DNA from: Synergistaceae bacterium | GTDB taxonomy: Bacteria; Synergistota; Synergistia; Synergistales; Aminobacteriaceae | Assembly (NCBI GenBank): GCA_018436785.1 | Contig: JAHDKR010000021.1 | Span: 22,835 to 86,834 of the forward strand | Reading direction: 5' to 3' | Length of the DNA stretch: 64,000 nt | In this document: positions 17,965-27,743 of the stretch, one piece after another | How the letters are laid out: every line of letters begins with the position of its first letter | Numbering within the stretch: the stretch's first letter is position 1 | Notes under the pieces: generated by a model | The model's input: only the letters and a program-made list of their open reading frames with translations | Told to the model about the DNA's origin: nothing | The model's database searches: none | Made by a program: the position numbers and the translations under genes

Positions 17965-19482
17965 TTGATGATTCTCTCGAAGATAATTGAAGAATATGCC
18001 GCACGTTATTCATCTCCGTTACGGCTGCATAATCAGGCGATCGATGGAGGAACGGATGTTTCCGTTGTACATGTCGGTTGCAACAGCTTGGAAATAAAGA
18101 AAGACGAGCTGTTTTGCTGCATTCGAGGCGAACATAATGACGGCCATTCCTTCGCTGGAGACGCCGTTCAAAAGGGGGCTTCAACTCTTTTAGTAGAGCG
18201 CCCTCTTCCACTGGAAACACCTCAAATCGTGTCATCCAACGTTCGAAGAGACATGGGACGTTTATCTTCAATTGTCTACGGAGATCCGGCCAACACTCTG
18301 AAAATGTTCGCTGTTACCGGAACAAACGGCAAGAGCACGACTACGTGGATAATACGCCACCTTCTGCAATCAATAGGAATACGGACAGGCCTTTTAGGGA
18401 CAATAGTCTACAATGACGGTATTGAGGAAAAAGACGCCGCAAGAACAACCCCGGAAAGCTGCGATATTCAGCTGATGCTTTTGAGAATGCTGCAAAATGG
18501 TTGCGGTGCGTGTGTTATGGAGACATCCTCACATGGTCTCTCTTTCGGAAGAATTGAAGGGTGTTCGTTTGACGCCGCAGTCTTTACAAACCTCAGCGAG
18601 GAGCATCTTGATTACCACGGAACGCTCGAAAATTACTTTTCGGCAAAGAGCCGTCTGTTTTCTGACTACATGAAGCAGAATTGGGCGGGGGGAGCGAATG
18701 GTGACGATGCATTTGCCCGCCGGCTTTTAGGCCTTTATTCCGATAAGCTTGTTTCTTTCGGGATAGAGAAAGAGTATGGCGCTCATCTCCTTGGAAGCAA
18801 TCTTCAGAGCTCTCTTGAAGGAACACGTTTTTCGCTTTCACTTCCTGGAGTCAGTGAACCCGTTCCTGTTTTCCTGCCTCTTCCGGGAAAATTCAACGTG
18901 TACAATGCTTTAGCTGCGCTCTCTGCAACGCTTCCATACGCTACGGACAAATTGGCTCTCGTTGATTCCTTACATTCAATGATTCAGGTTCCCGGAAGAA
19001 TGGAAAGGTATTCCTTCAATAGTGGAGTGAGTTGTATCATCGACTTCGCCCATACTCCTTTCGCGCTACAGAACGTACTGACGGAAGTGCGTCGTCTCTG
19101 CGGAGGAAGGATTATTTCTGTATTCGGACACGGGGGAGAACGTTTCCAGCCGAACAGGTTTTCATTGGGGAATATCGCCGCTACGCTTGCGGATGAAGTG
19201 ATCGTCACGATGGACAACCCGCGGAACGAACCGGCGGAGCAGATAGCCGCCCAAATAGTGGAAGGCGTCGAATCCTCCGAAAGAAGGGTTCCCTTGAAAA
19301 CAATTCTCGACAGATCCGCCGCAGTGTACGAAGCTATGGATTCGGCAAAACCCGGAGATGTCGTTGTAGTATCCGGGAAAGGGCCGGAAAAATACTTGCG
19401 TATCGGCTCTGAATCCATTCCATATTCGGACGGGGATACTCTTCGCCGATGGGCTGACGAAAGAGGGGTAGAGTGGCGATGA
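17965..19482 (+). CDS. murE: UDP-MurNAc-L-Ala-D-Glu:meso-diaminopimelate ligase MurE
   Basis: 505 aa. GTNGKSTT P-loop, Mur ligase middle and C domains. The DNPR motif (TMDNPRNE) is associated with meso-DAP-adding enzymes. Start is TTG 17965 or ATG 17968. Confidence 0.92.
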   Translation: MMILSKIIEEYAARYSSPLRLHNQAIDGGTDVSVVHVGCNSLEIKKDELFCCIRGEHNDGHSFAGDAVQKGASTLLVERPLPLETPQIVSSNVRRDMGRLSSIVYGDPANTLKMFAVTGTNGKSTTTWIIRHLLQSIGIRTGLLGTIVYNDGIEEKDAARTTPESCDIQLMLLRMLQNGCGACVMETSSHGLSFGRIEGCSFDAAVFTNLSEEHLDYHGTLENYFSAKSRLFSDYMKQNWAGGANGDDAFARRLLGLYSDKLVSFGIEKEYGAHLLGSNLQSSLEGTRFSLSLPGVSEPVPVFLPLPGKFNVYNALAALSATLPYATDKLALVDSLHSMIQVPGRMERYSFNSGVSCIIDFAHTPFALQNVLTEVRRLCGGRIISVFGHGGERFQPNRFSLGNIAATLADEVIVTMDNPRNEPAEQIAAQIVEGVESSERRVPLKTILDRSAAVYEAMDSAKPGDVVVVSGKGPEKYLRIGSESIPYSDGDTLRRWADERGVEWR

Positions 19483-20861
19483 AAAACGATCTTCGACTTT
19501 CTTGCATTGCGGCGCTTGCCGATACTCATCTCACAGGCCCCGACGGTCCGATACCCCTGCGTTTCGTTGCCGACAGCAGACTTGTCGTTCCCGGGGACGC
19601 CTTTGTCGCTTTTCGCGGCGAACAGGTCAACGGCCATGATTTTATTCACGATGCAGTTTCGCGCGGGGCTTCTCTTATCATCTGCGAAGAAAGCGCGGGA
19701 GTACCGAATCATGTCGCTTCCATCGTCGTGGACAACTGTTTTTCGGCAATACCTCGAATGGCGCGCAGATACCTCGAAATTCACCGCGAATCACTCGAGG
19801 TACTTGCCGTCACCGGAAGTGTCGGGAAAACAACGACGCGTGAGATGATCCGCACCTGCCTGGCTCCCTCGTTTAAAGTACATTCAGCGGAACACAGTTA
19901 CAACACGCTTATTGGGTGCGCGCTCTCGATACTTGCCATGCCGGCGGACACCGAAATACTGATACTGGAAATGGGCACCAACCATCCCGGCGAGATTGGA
20001 GAGATGGTTGATTTCTTTCCTCCGACGATTTCTATGATTACCGAGGTCGCTCCCGCTCATCTTGAAGGACTGGGCAGTGTGGAAGGTGTGGCACAGGCAA
20101 AGTTCGAAATTACCGGATCTCCTTTTCTTAAGGCTTTCTTTTATTTCGGAGACAACCCGCTGCTTGTTTCTGGAGCAGCTTCGCTTCCTTCTCATGTGCG
20201 TTCTCTCAGCGTAGGCTTCGGGGAGAATGACTTTTCAATCCGTGATACGGAATTTATTCTCTCCAACGGACTGCCGAGGCTCACTTTCGACGTAGTCTAC
20301 AAGGGAAAAACTTTCCACGCATCATCTCCCCTTTTTGGACGACATTCGGCGTTGGCGGCGGGATTCGGAATCGCATTGTCACTTTATTTAGGGGCGTCTA
20401 TTGAACAAGCCCTTCAGTCTATTGTATCTCTCCAGCCCCCCTGCGGAAGGGGCCGGTTTTTTCTTCTGACTTCGGGAGCTATGCTTCTTGACGACTCCTA
20501 CAACGCAAATCCGGCTTCGATGAAGGCGTCGCTCTCCGAATCGCTTCGTATTCCGGTGCAGCGTCGTATCGCCGTACTTGGTGAAATGAAGGAGCTTGGA
20601 AAAAGTGCTCTGGACTATCATCGAGAACTGCTTCCGTTTTTTACCAAATTTTCCAAGGTGTTCATTATGGGTACGCTCTGGCGGACTCTGTTCCAAAATA
20701 CACCGCTTCCCGATAATACCGTTTTCTTTGATAATCCGCTCTCGCTCGGAACCGAGATAAAGAAAGAACTTGGCGAAGGAGATCTCATTGTAGTCAAAGG
20801 ATCGCATGGTAACAGACTGGATTTTTTGGTCGATTTCCTTGTCGAGGAGGGAGTGGAATGA
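19479..20861 (+). CDS. murF: UDP-MurNAc-tripeptide:D-Ala-D-Ala ligase MurF
   Basis: About 460 aa. GSVGKTTT P-loop, Mur ligase domains. ATG 19479 forms an ATGA overlap with the murE stop; GTG 19473 is an alternative. Confidence 0.92.
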   Translation: MKNDLRLSCIAALADTHLTGPDGPIPLRFVADSRLVVPGDAFVAFRGEQVNGHDFIHDAVSRGASLIICEESAGVPNHVASIVVDNCFSAIPRMARRYLEIHRESLEVLAVTGSVGKTTTREMIRTCLAPSFKVHSAEHSYNTLIGCALSILAMPADTEILILEMGTNHPGEIGEMVDFFPPTISMITEVAPAHLEGLGSVEGVAQAKFEITGSPFLKAFFYFGDNPLLVSGAASLPSHVRSLSVGFGENDFSIRDTEFILSNGLPRLTFDVVYKGKTFHASSPLFGRHSALAAGFGIALSLYLGASIEQALQSIVSLQPPCGRGRFFLLTSGAMLLDDSYNANPASMKASLSESLRIPVQRRIAVLGEMKELGKSALDYHRELLPFFTKFSKVFIMGTLWRTLFQNTPLPDNTVFFDNPLSLGTEIKKELGEGDLIVVKGSHGNRLDFLVDFLVEEGVE

Positions 20862-21820
20862 TTTACGCTCTTTCCTGGGCTTTCCTCTTCTTCTTGCAGA
20901 TATTCTGTTCTAAGATCTGGATCGCCAGGCTTCATCAATGGCGCGTTGTGCAGATTCAAAAAAGCTACGGGTTGCAAAGCCACATCGAAACGAAATCATC
21001 GACGCCATCCATGGGTGGAGTTGTGTTTCTCCTCATAGGAATTGCGAGTCTTCTGCCGGAAGCAGTTTTTTCTGAGACGCGCTTATCTAACGCGGCACTC
21101 TTCTGGATTCTGCCTTTGGGATCCGCATCTATCGGTTTTATTGACGATTGGATCAAACTTACCAGGAAATCCAGCGAAGGCTTCCCTAGCCTCTATAAAC
21201 TTGCCGCACAGATACTGCTTACAGTACCGTGGTCGTGTTGGATTGTCTTTTCACAAGGCCTCTCTCTCTGGCCGGGCGTCGTTGTTCCGGCTCTCCTCGC
21301 CGTCCCGCTTCTGACGATAGTATCAATAGGGATGTTAAATGCGGTGAATGTTACCGACGGCCTGGACGGGCTTGCCGCCGGTGCGGCGCTGTTTTCATTC
21401 ATTGGAGCGATCGTTTTGCTGCCCCTTGAGAGTTTTCTGCTATATCCTGCTCTGGCGGGTTCTGCTCTCTGTGCCGGGTTCCTTTGGCATAATGCGCACC
21501 CGGCTAAGGTGTTCATGGGAGATATAGGCTCCCACTTTTTGGCGGGTATGCTCGTTGCCCTCTGTGCGCACAGTGAATACTTCATTGCTGTTATCCCTCT
21601 CGGTTTTCTCTTTGGCGTGGAGATAGTCTCAGTTGCAATGCAACTGATCGCCATTCATTGTTTCAAGAGAAAGGTCTTTCGGATGAGCCCGCTTCATCAT
21701 CATTTCGAACTCCTTGGATGGAGCGAAACGCAGATAGTCACTCGTTTTTGGATAATCCATGGAGCAGGACTTGCGTTCCTTGCACTTTTTGTACAGGGCA
21801 TTCTTTGGAAGGCGGTGTGA
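20858..21820 (+). CDS. mraY: Phospho-MurNAc-pentapeptide translocase MraY
   Basis: 320 aa, polytopic. Motifs NAVNVTDGLDGLA, GDIGS and PLHHHFE. ATGA overlap with murF. Confidence 0.95.
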   Translation: MIYALSWAFLFFLQIFCSKIWIARLHQWRVVQIQKSYGLQSHIETKSSTPSMGGVVFLLIGIASLLPEAVFSETRLSNAALFWILPLGSASIGFIDDWIKLTRKSSEGFPSLYKLAAQILLTVPWSCWIVFSQGLSLWPGVVVPALLAVPLLTIVSIGMLNAVNVTDGLDGLAAGAALFSFIGAIVLLPLESFLLYPALAGSALCAGFLWHNAHPAKVFMGDIGSHFLAGMLVALCAHSEYFIAVIPLGFLFGVEIVSVAMQLIAIHCFKRKVFRMSPLHHHFELLGWSETQIVTRFWIIHGAGLAFLALFVQGILWKAV

Positions 21821-21821
21821 G

Positions 21822-23213
21822 ATGATGCCGTTGGACGTGGACAGTTTCTCAGGAAAAAGAGTTTCCGTCATCGGGGCGGGAATCAGCGGAGCAGGTTTGG
21901 CTCGCTTGGCTCATCGTCTTGGAGCGCAAGTTTTTGTCTCGGATGAAAAAAAACTGCAGGACCAATCCCTCGTCGCTCTTTTTCAGTCTCATGGGATTGA
22001 GTGGGAGGATGGAGGACACACCCCCCGTCTTTTTGAAGCAGATTATATTTTGGTAGGTTCAGGTATTTCTCCCAACGCAAAACCTGTGACGGAGAGTAAT
22101 CGAAGGAATATCCCAGTGATAGGGGAGTTGGATTTTATATCGCCGTTTCTCCGAAGCAGAATTATTGGTGTAACCGGAAGCAACGGAAAAAGTACAACGA
22201 CCGCGCTTGCCGGCTATCTTTTACAGAAAGCGGGCTTCTCCGCAGAAGTTGCGGGCAACATAGGAAAATCGCTAGCCGACTTTGCCTTTGTGCAACGCGA
22301 CTTTCTCGTGGTGGAGTTGAGCAGTTTTCAACTTCACTGGAACACCAGATTTGCATGCGATCTTGCCATGGTGACAAACCTGGCTCCTGATCATATCGAC
22401 TGGCACGGCAGTTATGAAGAGTACATTCGGGCAAAGGCAAAGATCCTCTCAACACAATCCCTGGGAGGCTTCGCTATTGTTCAGGAAACGGAACGCAGCG
22501 TCCTTTTCGGAGATCGCGAGGATGACGCTCACGAAGTTCTAGCTTTCTCGTGGAATGGAATGCAATCATCTCATGGAAGAAAACTTCTTGCTGACGAAAA
22601 AGCATGTCATGTACTATTCCGGGACGAAACAGGAGCCGAGGAACTCCTCTTCTCTTTTGACGACGTTCCCCTTATAGGAAAACATAACATGGAAAATGCA
22701 GCATTTGCAGCCGGAGCTATACGTATGCTCACCGGAAAAGGTATTATGCGCGGTCCGCTTTTTTCAGGTTTTAAAGGGTTGGCACATAGGTGCGAGTTCG
22801 TGGCGAACATTCGCGGCGTAACCTATGTTGATGATTCGAAAGGAACAAACGTAGCGGCGAGCGCTACCGCTCTCAGATCAATAACAGGACCTAAAATTGT
22901 TATACTGGGCGGTCAGGGAAAGGGAGAAGAATATGCCCCTTTGGCAGAAGCGGTAAAAAGTGAAGCAGTAGCCGCTGTCGTCCTCGGAGCTGAGAAAGAA
23001 CGGATAGTGAAGGCTTTAAATGAAGCGGCATTTCCTCATATCCACGAAGTCTCCTCGATGGAGGAGGCTGTTCAAACAGCATCTACACTGGCTTTTCCTC
23101 AAAGCACAGTGCTTCTTTCTCCGGCATGTACCAGCTGGGACATGTACCCTAACTACAAAAAACGAGGAGAGCACTTTCAGCAGCTCGTGCTTGCTCTTGA
23201 AGACGAGAGGTAA
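21822..23213 (+). CDS. murD: UDP-MurNAc-L-Ala:D-Glu ligase MurD
   Basis: 463 aa from the ATG at 21822, 2 nt after the mraY stop. Rossmann-like VIGAGISGAG, GSNGKSTT P-loop. Confidence 0.92.
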   Translation: MMPLDVDSFSGKRVSVIGAGISGAGLARLAHRLGAQVFVSDEKKLQDQSLVALFQSHGIEWEDGGHTPRLFEADYILVGSGISPNAKPVTESNRRNIPVIGELDFISPFLRSRIIGVTGSNGKSTTTALAGYLLQKAGFSAEVAGNIGKSLADFAFVQRDFLVVELSSFQLHWNTRFACDLAMVTNLAPDHIDWHGSYEEYIRAKAKILSTQSLGGFAIVQETERSVLFGDREDDAHEVLAFSWNGMQSSHGRKLLADEKACHVLFRDETGAEELLFSFDDVPLIGKHNMENAAFAAGAIRMLTGKGIMRGPLFSGFKGLAHRCEFVANIRGVTYVDDSKGTNVAASATALRSITGPKIVILGGQGKGEEYAPLAEAVKSEAVAAVVLGAEKERIVKALNEAAFPHIHEVSSMEEAVQTASTLAFPQSTVLLSPACTSWDMYPNYKKRGEHFQQLVLALEDER

Positions 23214-23215
23214 AG

Positions 23216-24352
23216 ATGAGAGTAAACGCCGAACAGACGATCGAATTCCGTTACGAAAAACCGAAGCTTCATTCAGGGGGAGATCCCTTTTTATGGATCA
23301 TTCCGCTTGTGCTCAATGCTTTCGGCATCCTTATGATCTTTTCGTTGACGTCGCATACCGCCCTTGAGGAGTTCGGCTCTCCATTTGCTCTTGGCATACG
23401 GCAAGTTCAATGGCTATCGGTCTCTTTGCTGTTCATGGTACTCGTCTACCTGATACCCCTCTCAGTATGGAAGGAGTTCAGCGGCGTTCTCTGGGTTTTT
23501 ACACTGTGCTGCCTTGTACTGACCTTGATACCCGGTATCGGAATCAAAGCCGGTGGAGCCAGGAGATGGATAGGCTTCGGCAACCTTCGTTTCCAGCCGA
23601 TCGAACTGCTTTCTCTTGCTGTCGCCGTTCACCTCTCCAAACTTATGACAAAGTCTTCAAAACAGGGCCTGCACGCCTTCTTTTCACTGACGGCGCCCAT
23701 TCTCGGTTTTTCCGCGCTCCCTCTTATCTTCCAGCCGAACATGGGAGGAACCATTCTAATTTTTGCCCTGACAATGGCTATCCACGTTGAGACAAGAGGG
23801 TGGAGCTGGCCTATTCTTTTTGGAGGCACAGGATTTGCCTTCTTCTTTTTTATCATTATTCAAGCCGGTTACCGGCTTCGACGATATTTGGCGTTTCTTG
23901 ATCCGTGGGAAGAGCCCCTCGACAGCGGATTCCAAGTTATTCAAGGCATGGTGGCTTTCGCTAATGGAGGTCTTCTTGGCGTTGGGGTAGGGAAGGGGCT
24001 CCAGAAACTGAACTATCTTCCGGCAGCACATACGGATTATATATTTGCGACGATAGGAGAGGAATTCGGTTTCGTCGGTTCTTTCATGGTTGTTCTGCTG
24101 TTCTGTATCTGGACATTTCGCGCGTATTCCACGTACCGAAAAGCGGAAGATCCATTCCATGCATCGCTTATCTGGGGACTTTCAGCCTCAATGCTCATTC
24201 CTTTTTTCATAAACCTCGGTGGAGTTTTAAAGCTGATGCCGCTCACCGGCATACCACTTCCTTTCATTAGCTACGGCGGAAGTTCGCTTCTTTTTATGTG
24301 GATACGTGTTGGATTGATCATGAGAGTATGCAAGGAGGCGAGTCTCTCATGA
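23216..24352 (+). CDS. ftsW: SEDS-family peptidoglycan polymerase FtsW
   Basis: 378 aa, about 10 TM helices. Conserved LPAAHTDYIFATIGEEFG and PFISYGGSS motifs. dcw position between murD and murG. Confidence 0.9.
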   Translation: MRVNAEQTIEFRYEKPKLHSGGDPFLWIIPLVLNAFGILMIFSLTSHTALEEFGSPFALGIRQVQWLSVSLLFMVLVYLIPLSVWKEFSGVLWVFTLCCLVLTLIPGIGIKAGGARRWIGFGNLRFQPIELLSLAVAVHLSKLMTKSSKQGLHAFFSLTAPILGFSALPLIFQPNMGGTILIFALTMAIHVETRGWSWPILFGGTGFAFFFFIIIQAGYRLRRYLAFLDPWEEPLDSGFQVIQGMVAFANGGLLGVGVGKGLQKLNYLPAAHTDYIFATIGEEFGFVGSFMVVLLFCIWTFRAYSTYRKAEDPFHASLIWGLSASMLIPFFINLGGVLKLMPLTGIPLPFISYGGSSLLFMWIRVGLIMRVCKEASLS

Positions 24353-25434
24353 AACGGGTCTGTCTTGTCGCGGGAGGCACCGGCGGTCACATTTTCCCGG
24401 CGATAGCTTTCGGCAAATGGATAACAAAACACCAAGAGGAGGTGAAGGTCTCTTTTGTTTGCGGTTCTCGTCCTCTAGAACAGGAAATCTACGAGGCATC
24501 CCACATTACTCCGTATTATCTTCCGACAAGCGGCTCTCCTTTGGGAATACGCTCTCTTTCCGGTAAGATGCGCCGGTTGAAGGAATTTGGTTTGTCTTTT
24601 ATATCATTTAAAAAATTATTAAGGAACTGCCATGTGGATGCATGCGTTCTGTTCGGAGGGTACGTTTCGTTTATTCCATTAATGGTTTGTCATCTTACAA
24701 GCGTTCCAGTTTTTGTTCATGAACAAAACAGCGTTGCAGGCAAAGTGACACGGCTTTCTTCACGTCTTGGGAAAAAGGTGGCTTCAGGATGGGAAGTCTG
24801 CACTCCTCTTTCTCCGGACGCTTTCCACTGGACCGGCGTTCCGGTTCGCGGTTTCTCTTTGAGAGAACCGAAAGAAGCTTGGGAATTAATGGCTTTAGGG
24901 AAAAAACTTCCAGAGAAAAAAATAATCGGAGTTCTCGGAGGTTCACTTATGAGCCAACGACTGATACAATTAATGGGTCCCATGCTTCGGGCGCAGGAAA
25001 TGAGGAATTTTTTCTTTTTGTTCCTCGGCGATTCTCAGCTTGCCGACATAGCAAGGGAGTTTCATGGCAGCCCGGAAAATATATCTGTTATCGGTAAACA
25101 ATGGGATATGAGCAATTTCTACTCTGTTGTCGACGCCGTAGTGACTCGCGGGGGTGCTTCTACGCTTTCTGAATTAGCAACCCTCGGTATTCCTGCGGTT
25201 GTTGTTCCGTGGCAAGAAGCTGCCGATAATCACCAGGAGAGAAACGCTCTCTGTTTTATTGAACACAATGACGGCGCTATCTGGCATGAAAATGATTCCC
25301 CGAAAGCGTTTCAAGAGTGCATACTGAAAATTCTTCGAAATACACAGAGACCACCACGAAGTATTTCGAAGGGAGATGAGTCTGAATCTTTATGGCGGCT
25401 GATCTCGTCCAGTATTGGAAGGGAGATTTTATAA
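24349..25434 (+). CDS. murG: Lipid II-forming glycosyltransferase MurG
   Basis: 361 aa from the ATG at 24349 (ATGA overlap with ftsW). GGTGGHIFPA motif and C-terminal TRGGASTLSE. Confidence 0.92.
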   Translation: MKRVCLVAGGTGGHIFPAIAFGKWITKHQEEVKVSFVCGSRPLEQEIYEASHITPYYLPTSGSPLGIRSLSGKMRRLKEFGLSFISFKKLLRNCHVDACVLFGGYVSFIPLMVCHLTSVPVFVHEQNSVAGKVTRLSSRLGKKVASGWEVCTPLSPDAFHWTGVPVRGFSLREPKEAWELMALGKKLPEKKIIGVLGGSLMSQRLIQLMGPMLRAQEMRNFFFLFLGDSQLADIAREFHGSPENISVIGKQWDMSNFYSVVDAVVTRGGASTLSELATLGIPAVVVPWQEAADNHQERNALCFIEHNDGAIWHENDSPKAFQECILKILRNTQRPPRSISKGDESESLWRLISSSIGREIL

Positions 25435-26856
25435 GTGGATACGACTATATCGAATTTTGATGGCATTCACAGAATTCATCTCATGGGCATCGGCGGCGCA
25501 GGTATGAGCGGATTGGCCCTTTTGCTGGCTGAATTGGGTTTTGAAGTGAGCGGCTGCGACATGATCCATACTTCTTATATCGACAAGGTACTCAAGGAAG
25601 AAGTGGCAGTGGTTCTGGGACACGGACATGCTCATATGGAAAAGTTTCTTCCGGATCTTTTAATATACAGCAGCGCCATCCCGGAAGACAATGAAGAAAT
25701 CCTCGCTGCCAGAGCACGCGGGATCGCTGTAGCAAAAAGGGGAGAAGTACTGAGCTGGATTTTTGATTCGCGTTGCGGAATAGGGGTTGCCGGAACTCAT
25801 GGGAAAACCACAACGTCTTCAATGATCTCGCTTATTTTGGAACAGGCCGGTTTTCATCCCACCCTGGCTATCGGGGGAGAGTTGTGTGATATCGGCGTCA
25901 ACGCAAAACTTGGAGAAGGACGCTTTATGGTTGCCGAACTCGATGAAAGCGACGGTTCTTTTGAGAAATTTCATCCCGAAATTTCCGTCATTACAAACGT
26001 TGACTGGGATCACGTCAATTTTTACCCTACGTTTGAAAGTGTTCTTGAAGCTTTTTCACGTTTTTTCTCCAATCTCAAATCAGACGGTCTCCTTGTTTTC
26101 TGCGGTGAGGATGCGGGCCTTGCGCGCTTGCTGTCCCTTGGCCGTATTCCTGAGGGAGCCATATCGTACGGCTGGGGCGCTTCCTGGAATTGGGGGGCAA
26201 GCAATGTCTATCACAAACCGGGCGGCGGCGTCAGTTTCACGCTTCTGCACGAGGGACAACGAGAAGGCGAGGTTGAGCTGGCAATATCTGGAGAACATAA
26301 CATATTAAACACGCTCGCTTCCTGTGCGGTTGCACATCGTCTCGGAATCCCGTTTCCTGTCATTAAAAGAACCCTGCGGGACTTTAAAGGGGCGAAACGC
26401 CGTCTCCAGCATGTCGGAAGTTTTGAGGGTATCGACGTCTATGACGACTATGGCCATCACCCGCGAGAGATCGCAGCCACCTTGGGAACGCTGGAACATA
26501 TGTTCCCTGAAAGGCCGCTTCGGGTTGTCTTCCAGCCGCACAGATACACGAGGACCCAGGCTTTGTTTAAAGACTTCGCATCTGTTCTTGCAGTCGCAGA
26601 CACACTGATTCTTCTCCCGATCTACCAGGCTGACGAAGAACCGATCTCTGGGATAACGTCGCTCCTAATTTCCGACCATCTACCGGCCGAGAAAAAGCAA
26701 GCGTGCCTGATGCCAAAAACTCTTGATGATGCTGTTTTCCTTTTGGAAGACCTTTGCGAGGAAGGAGACATCGTCTTGACCATTGGTGCAGGAGACGTGT
26801 CGTTAATAGGAGACAATTTGCTTGCAAAGGCAAAGACACATTTAGTGCGTGTGTAA
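25435..26856 (+). CDS. murC: UDP-MurNAc:L-Ala ligase MurC
   Basis: 473 aa. GTG start directly after the murG stop. HLMGIGGAGMSGLA, GTHGKTTT P-loop. Confidence 0.92.
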   Translation: MDTTISNFDGIHRIHLMGIGGAGMSGLALLLAELGFEVSGCDMIHTSYIDKVLKEEVAVVLGHGHAHMEKFLPDLLIYSSAIPEDNEEILAARARGIAVAKRGEVLSWIFDSRCGIGVAGTHGKTTTSSMISLILEQAGFHPTLAIGGELCDIGVNAKLGEGRFMVAELDESDGSFEKFHPEISVITNVDWDHVNFYPTFESVLEAFSRFFSNLKSDGLLVFCGEDAGLARLLSLGRIPEGAISYGWGASWNWGASNVYHKPGGGVSFTLLHEGQREGEVELAISGEHNILNTLASCAVAHRLGIPFPVIKRTLRDFKGAKRRLQHVGSFEGIDVYDDYGHHPREIAATLGTLEHMFPERPLRVVFQPHRYTRTQALFKDFASVLAVADTLILLPIYQADEEPISGITSLLISDHLPAEKKQACLMPKTLDDAVFLLEDLCEEGDIVLTIGAGDVSLIGDNLLAKAKTHLVRV

Positions 26857-26948
26857 TTTTCCAAACCAGCGTTCAGGGGTTTGAGGAAAAGTGAATTCTT
26901 TTCTTATTGCTTTCCTGCTTTTTACTCGAGCCATTTTTGTGATGTATA

Positions 26949-27743
26949 ATGGGTAAATGGCGCGGTTTATTTTTTCTTTTCGCCTTCTTTATGGGAATGC
27001 TCTTCGGGGGAGAAGACTTTTTTCAACCGTTTTCTTTACGTAATATTCGTATTGAATCTGAGGACCCCGTAGCGGAGTTGTTTTTCTGGAAGAATATCAG
27101 TTCGCGCGCGTTGCGATTCTGGCCCGCGTTTTTCTTGGAAAAAGATGATTTGCGAAAGGCAGTCGAGATACAGGCTCCTCTCTTTTGTACGATAAGCCGA
27201 AGGGGAATCACGGGAGTTGAAGTTCAGATAGAGCCGCTACGACCTTGGATTGTAGCTCAATGGAACAAACGCGAGTATTATGTTTCTCAAGACGGTTTTG
27301 CTTGGGACACCGCAAATGAACTGAACAAAATGATCAGGGGTATTGTGCGTCCCAATGCACCTTTGATAACTTTTTCTGACGATTTCCCTTCTCCTGCTTT
27401 GGAAAACTCTTCTGCTATTGTTTCCAGAGTAGTTTTCCCGCTGGAGCTTCTCCAGGGTTGGTTGGATGGCTTGGCAGAAAACAGGTGGGGCGCTCGAGTT
27501 GAGCAAATAAGCGTTTCGAGGAGAGAAGGAAAGTTTTTATTAAAACTCGTTTTCGATAAAGGAGGAGCGCACGTTCTTTTATGGGGAGACCGTCCCCGTT
27601 GGAAAGAGCTTTCATCCGCGCTTTCGCAGATAATGGAGCAGTTACATTTTCTCGGCAACAACATTATAATAGATACCACATATACCGACAGAATTATCGT
27701 CCGGGGCATGGCGCGCGGCGATCAGGAAGGGAGCGGGAGATAA
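26949..27743 (+). CDS. ftsQ: FtsQ/DivIB-like cell division protein
   Basis: 264 aa with an N-terminal TM helix (GLFFLFAFFMGMLFGG) and an extracytoplasmic POTRA-like region. Called mainly from its conserved position between murC and ftsA; the sequence is divergent. Confidence 0.6.
   Translation: MGKWRGLFFLFAFFMGMLFGGEDFFQPFSLRNIRIESEDPVAELFFWKNISSRALRFWPAFFLEKDDLRKAVEIQAPLFCTISRRGITGVEVQIEPLRPWIVAQWNKREYYVSQDGFAWDTANELNKMIRGIVRPNAPLITFSDDFPSPALENSSAIVSRVVFPLELLQGWLDGLAENRWGARVEQISVSRREGKFLLKLVFDKGGAHVLLWGDRPRWKELSSALSQIMEQLHFLGNNIIIDTTYTDRIIVRGMARGDQEGSGR

Noticed and set aside
26891-26956. 21-codon hydrophobic mini-ORF (VNSFLIAFLLFTRAIFVMYNG) just upstream of and overlapping the ftsQ start
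   Set aside because: It has a GTG start without an SD. FtsQ already has its own TM helix. It is most likely a chance ORF in a T-rich spacer.
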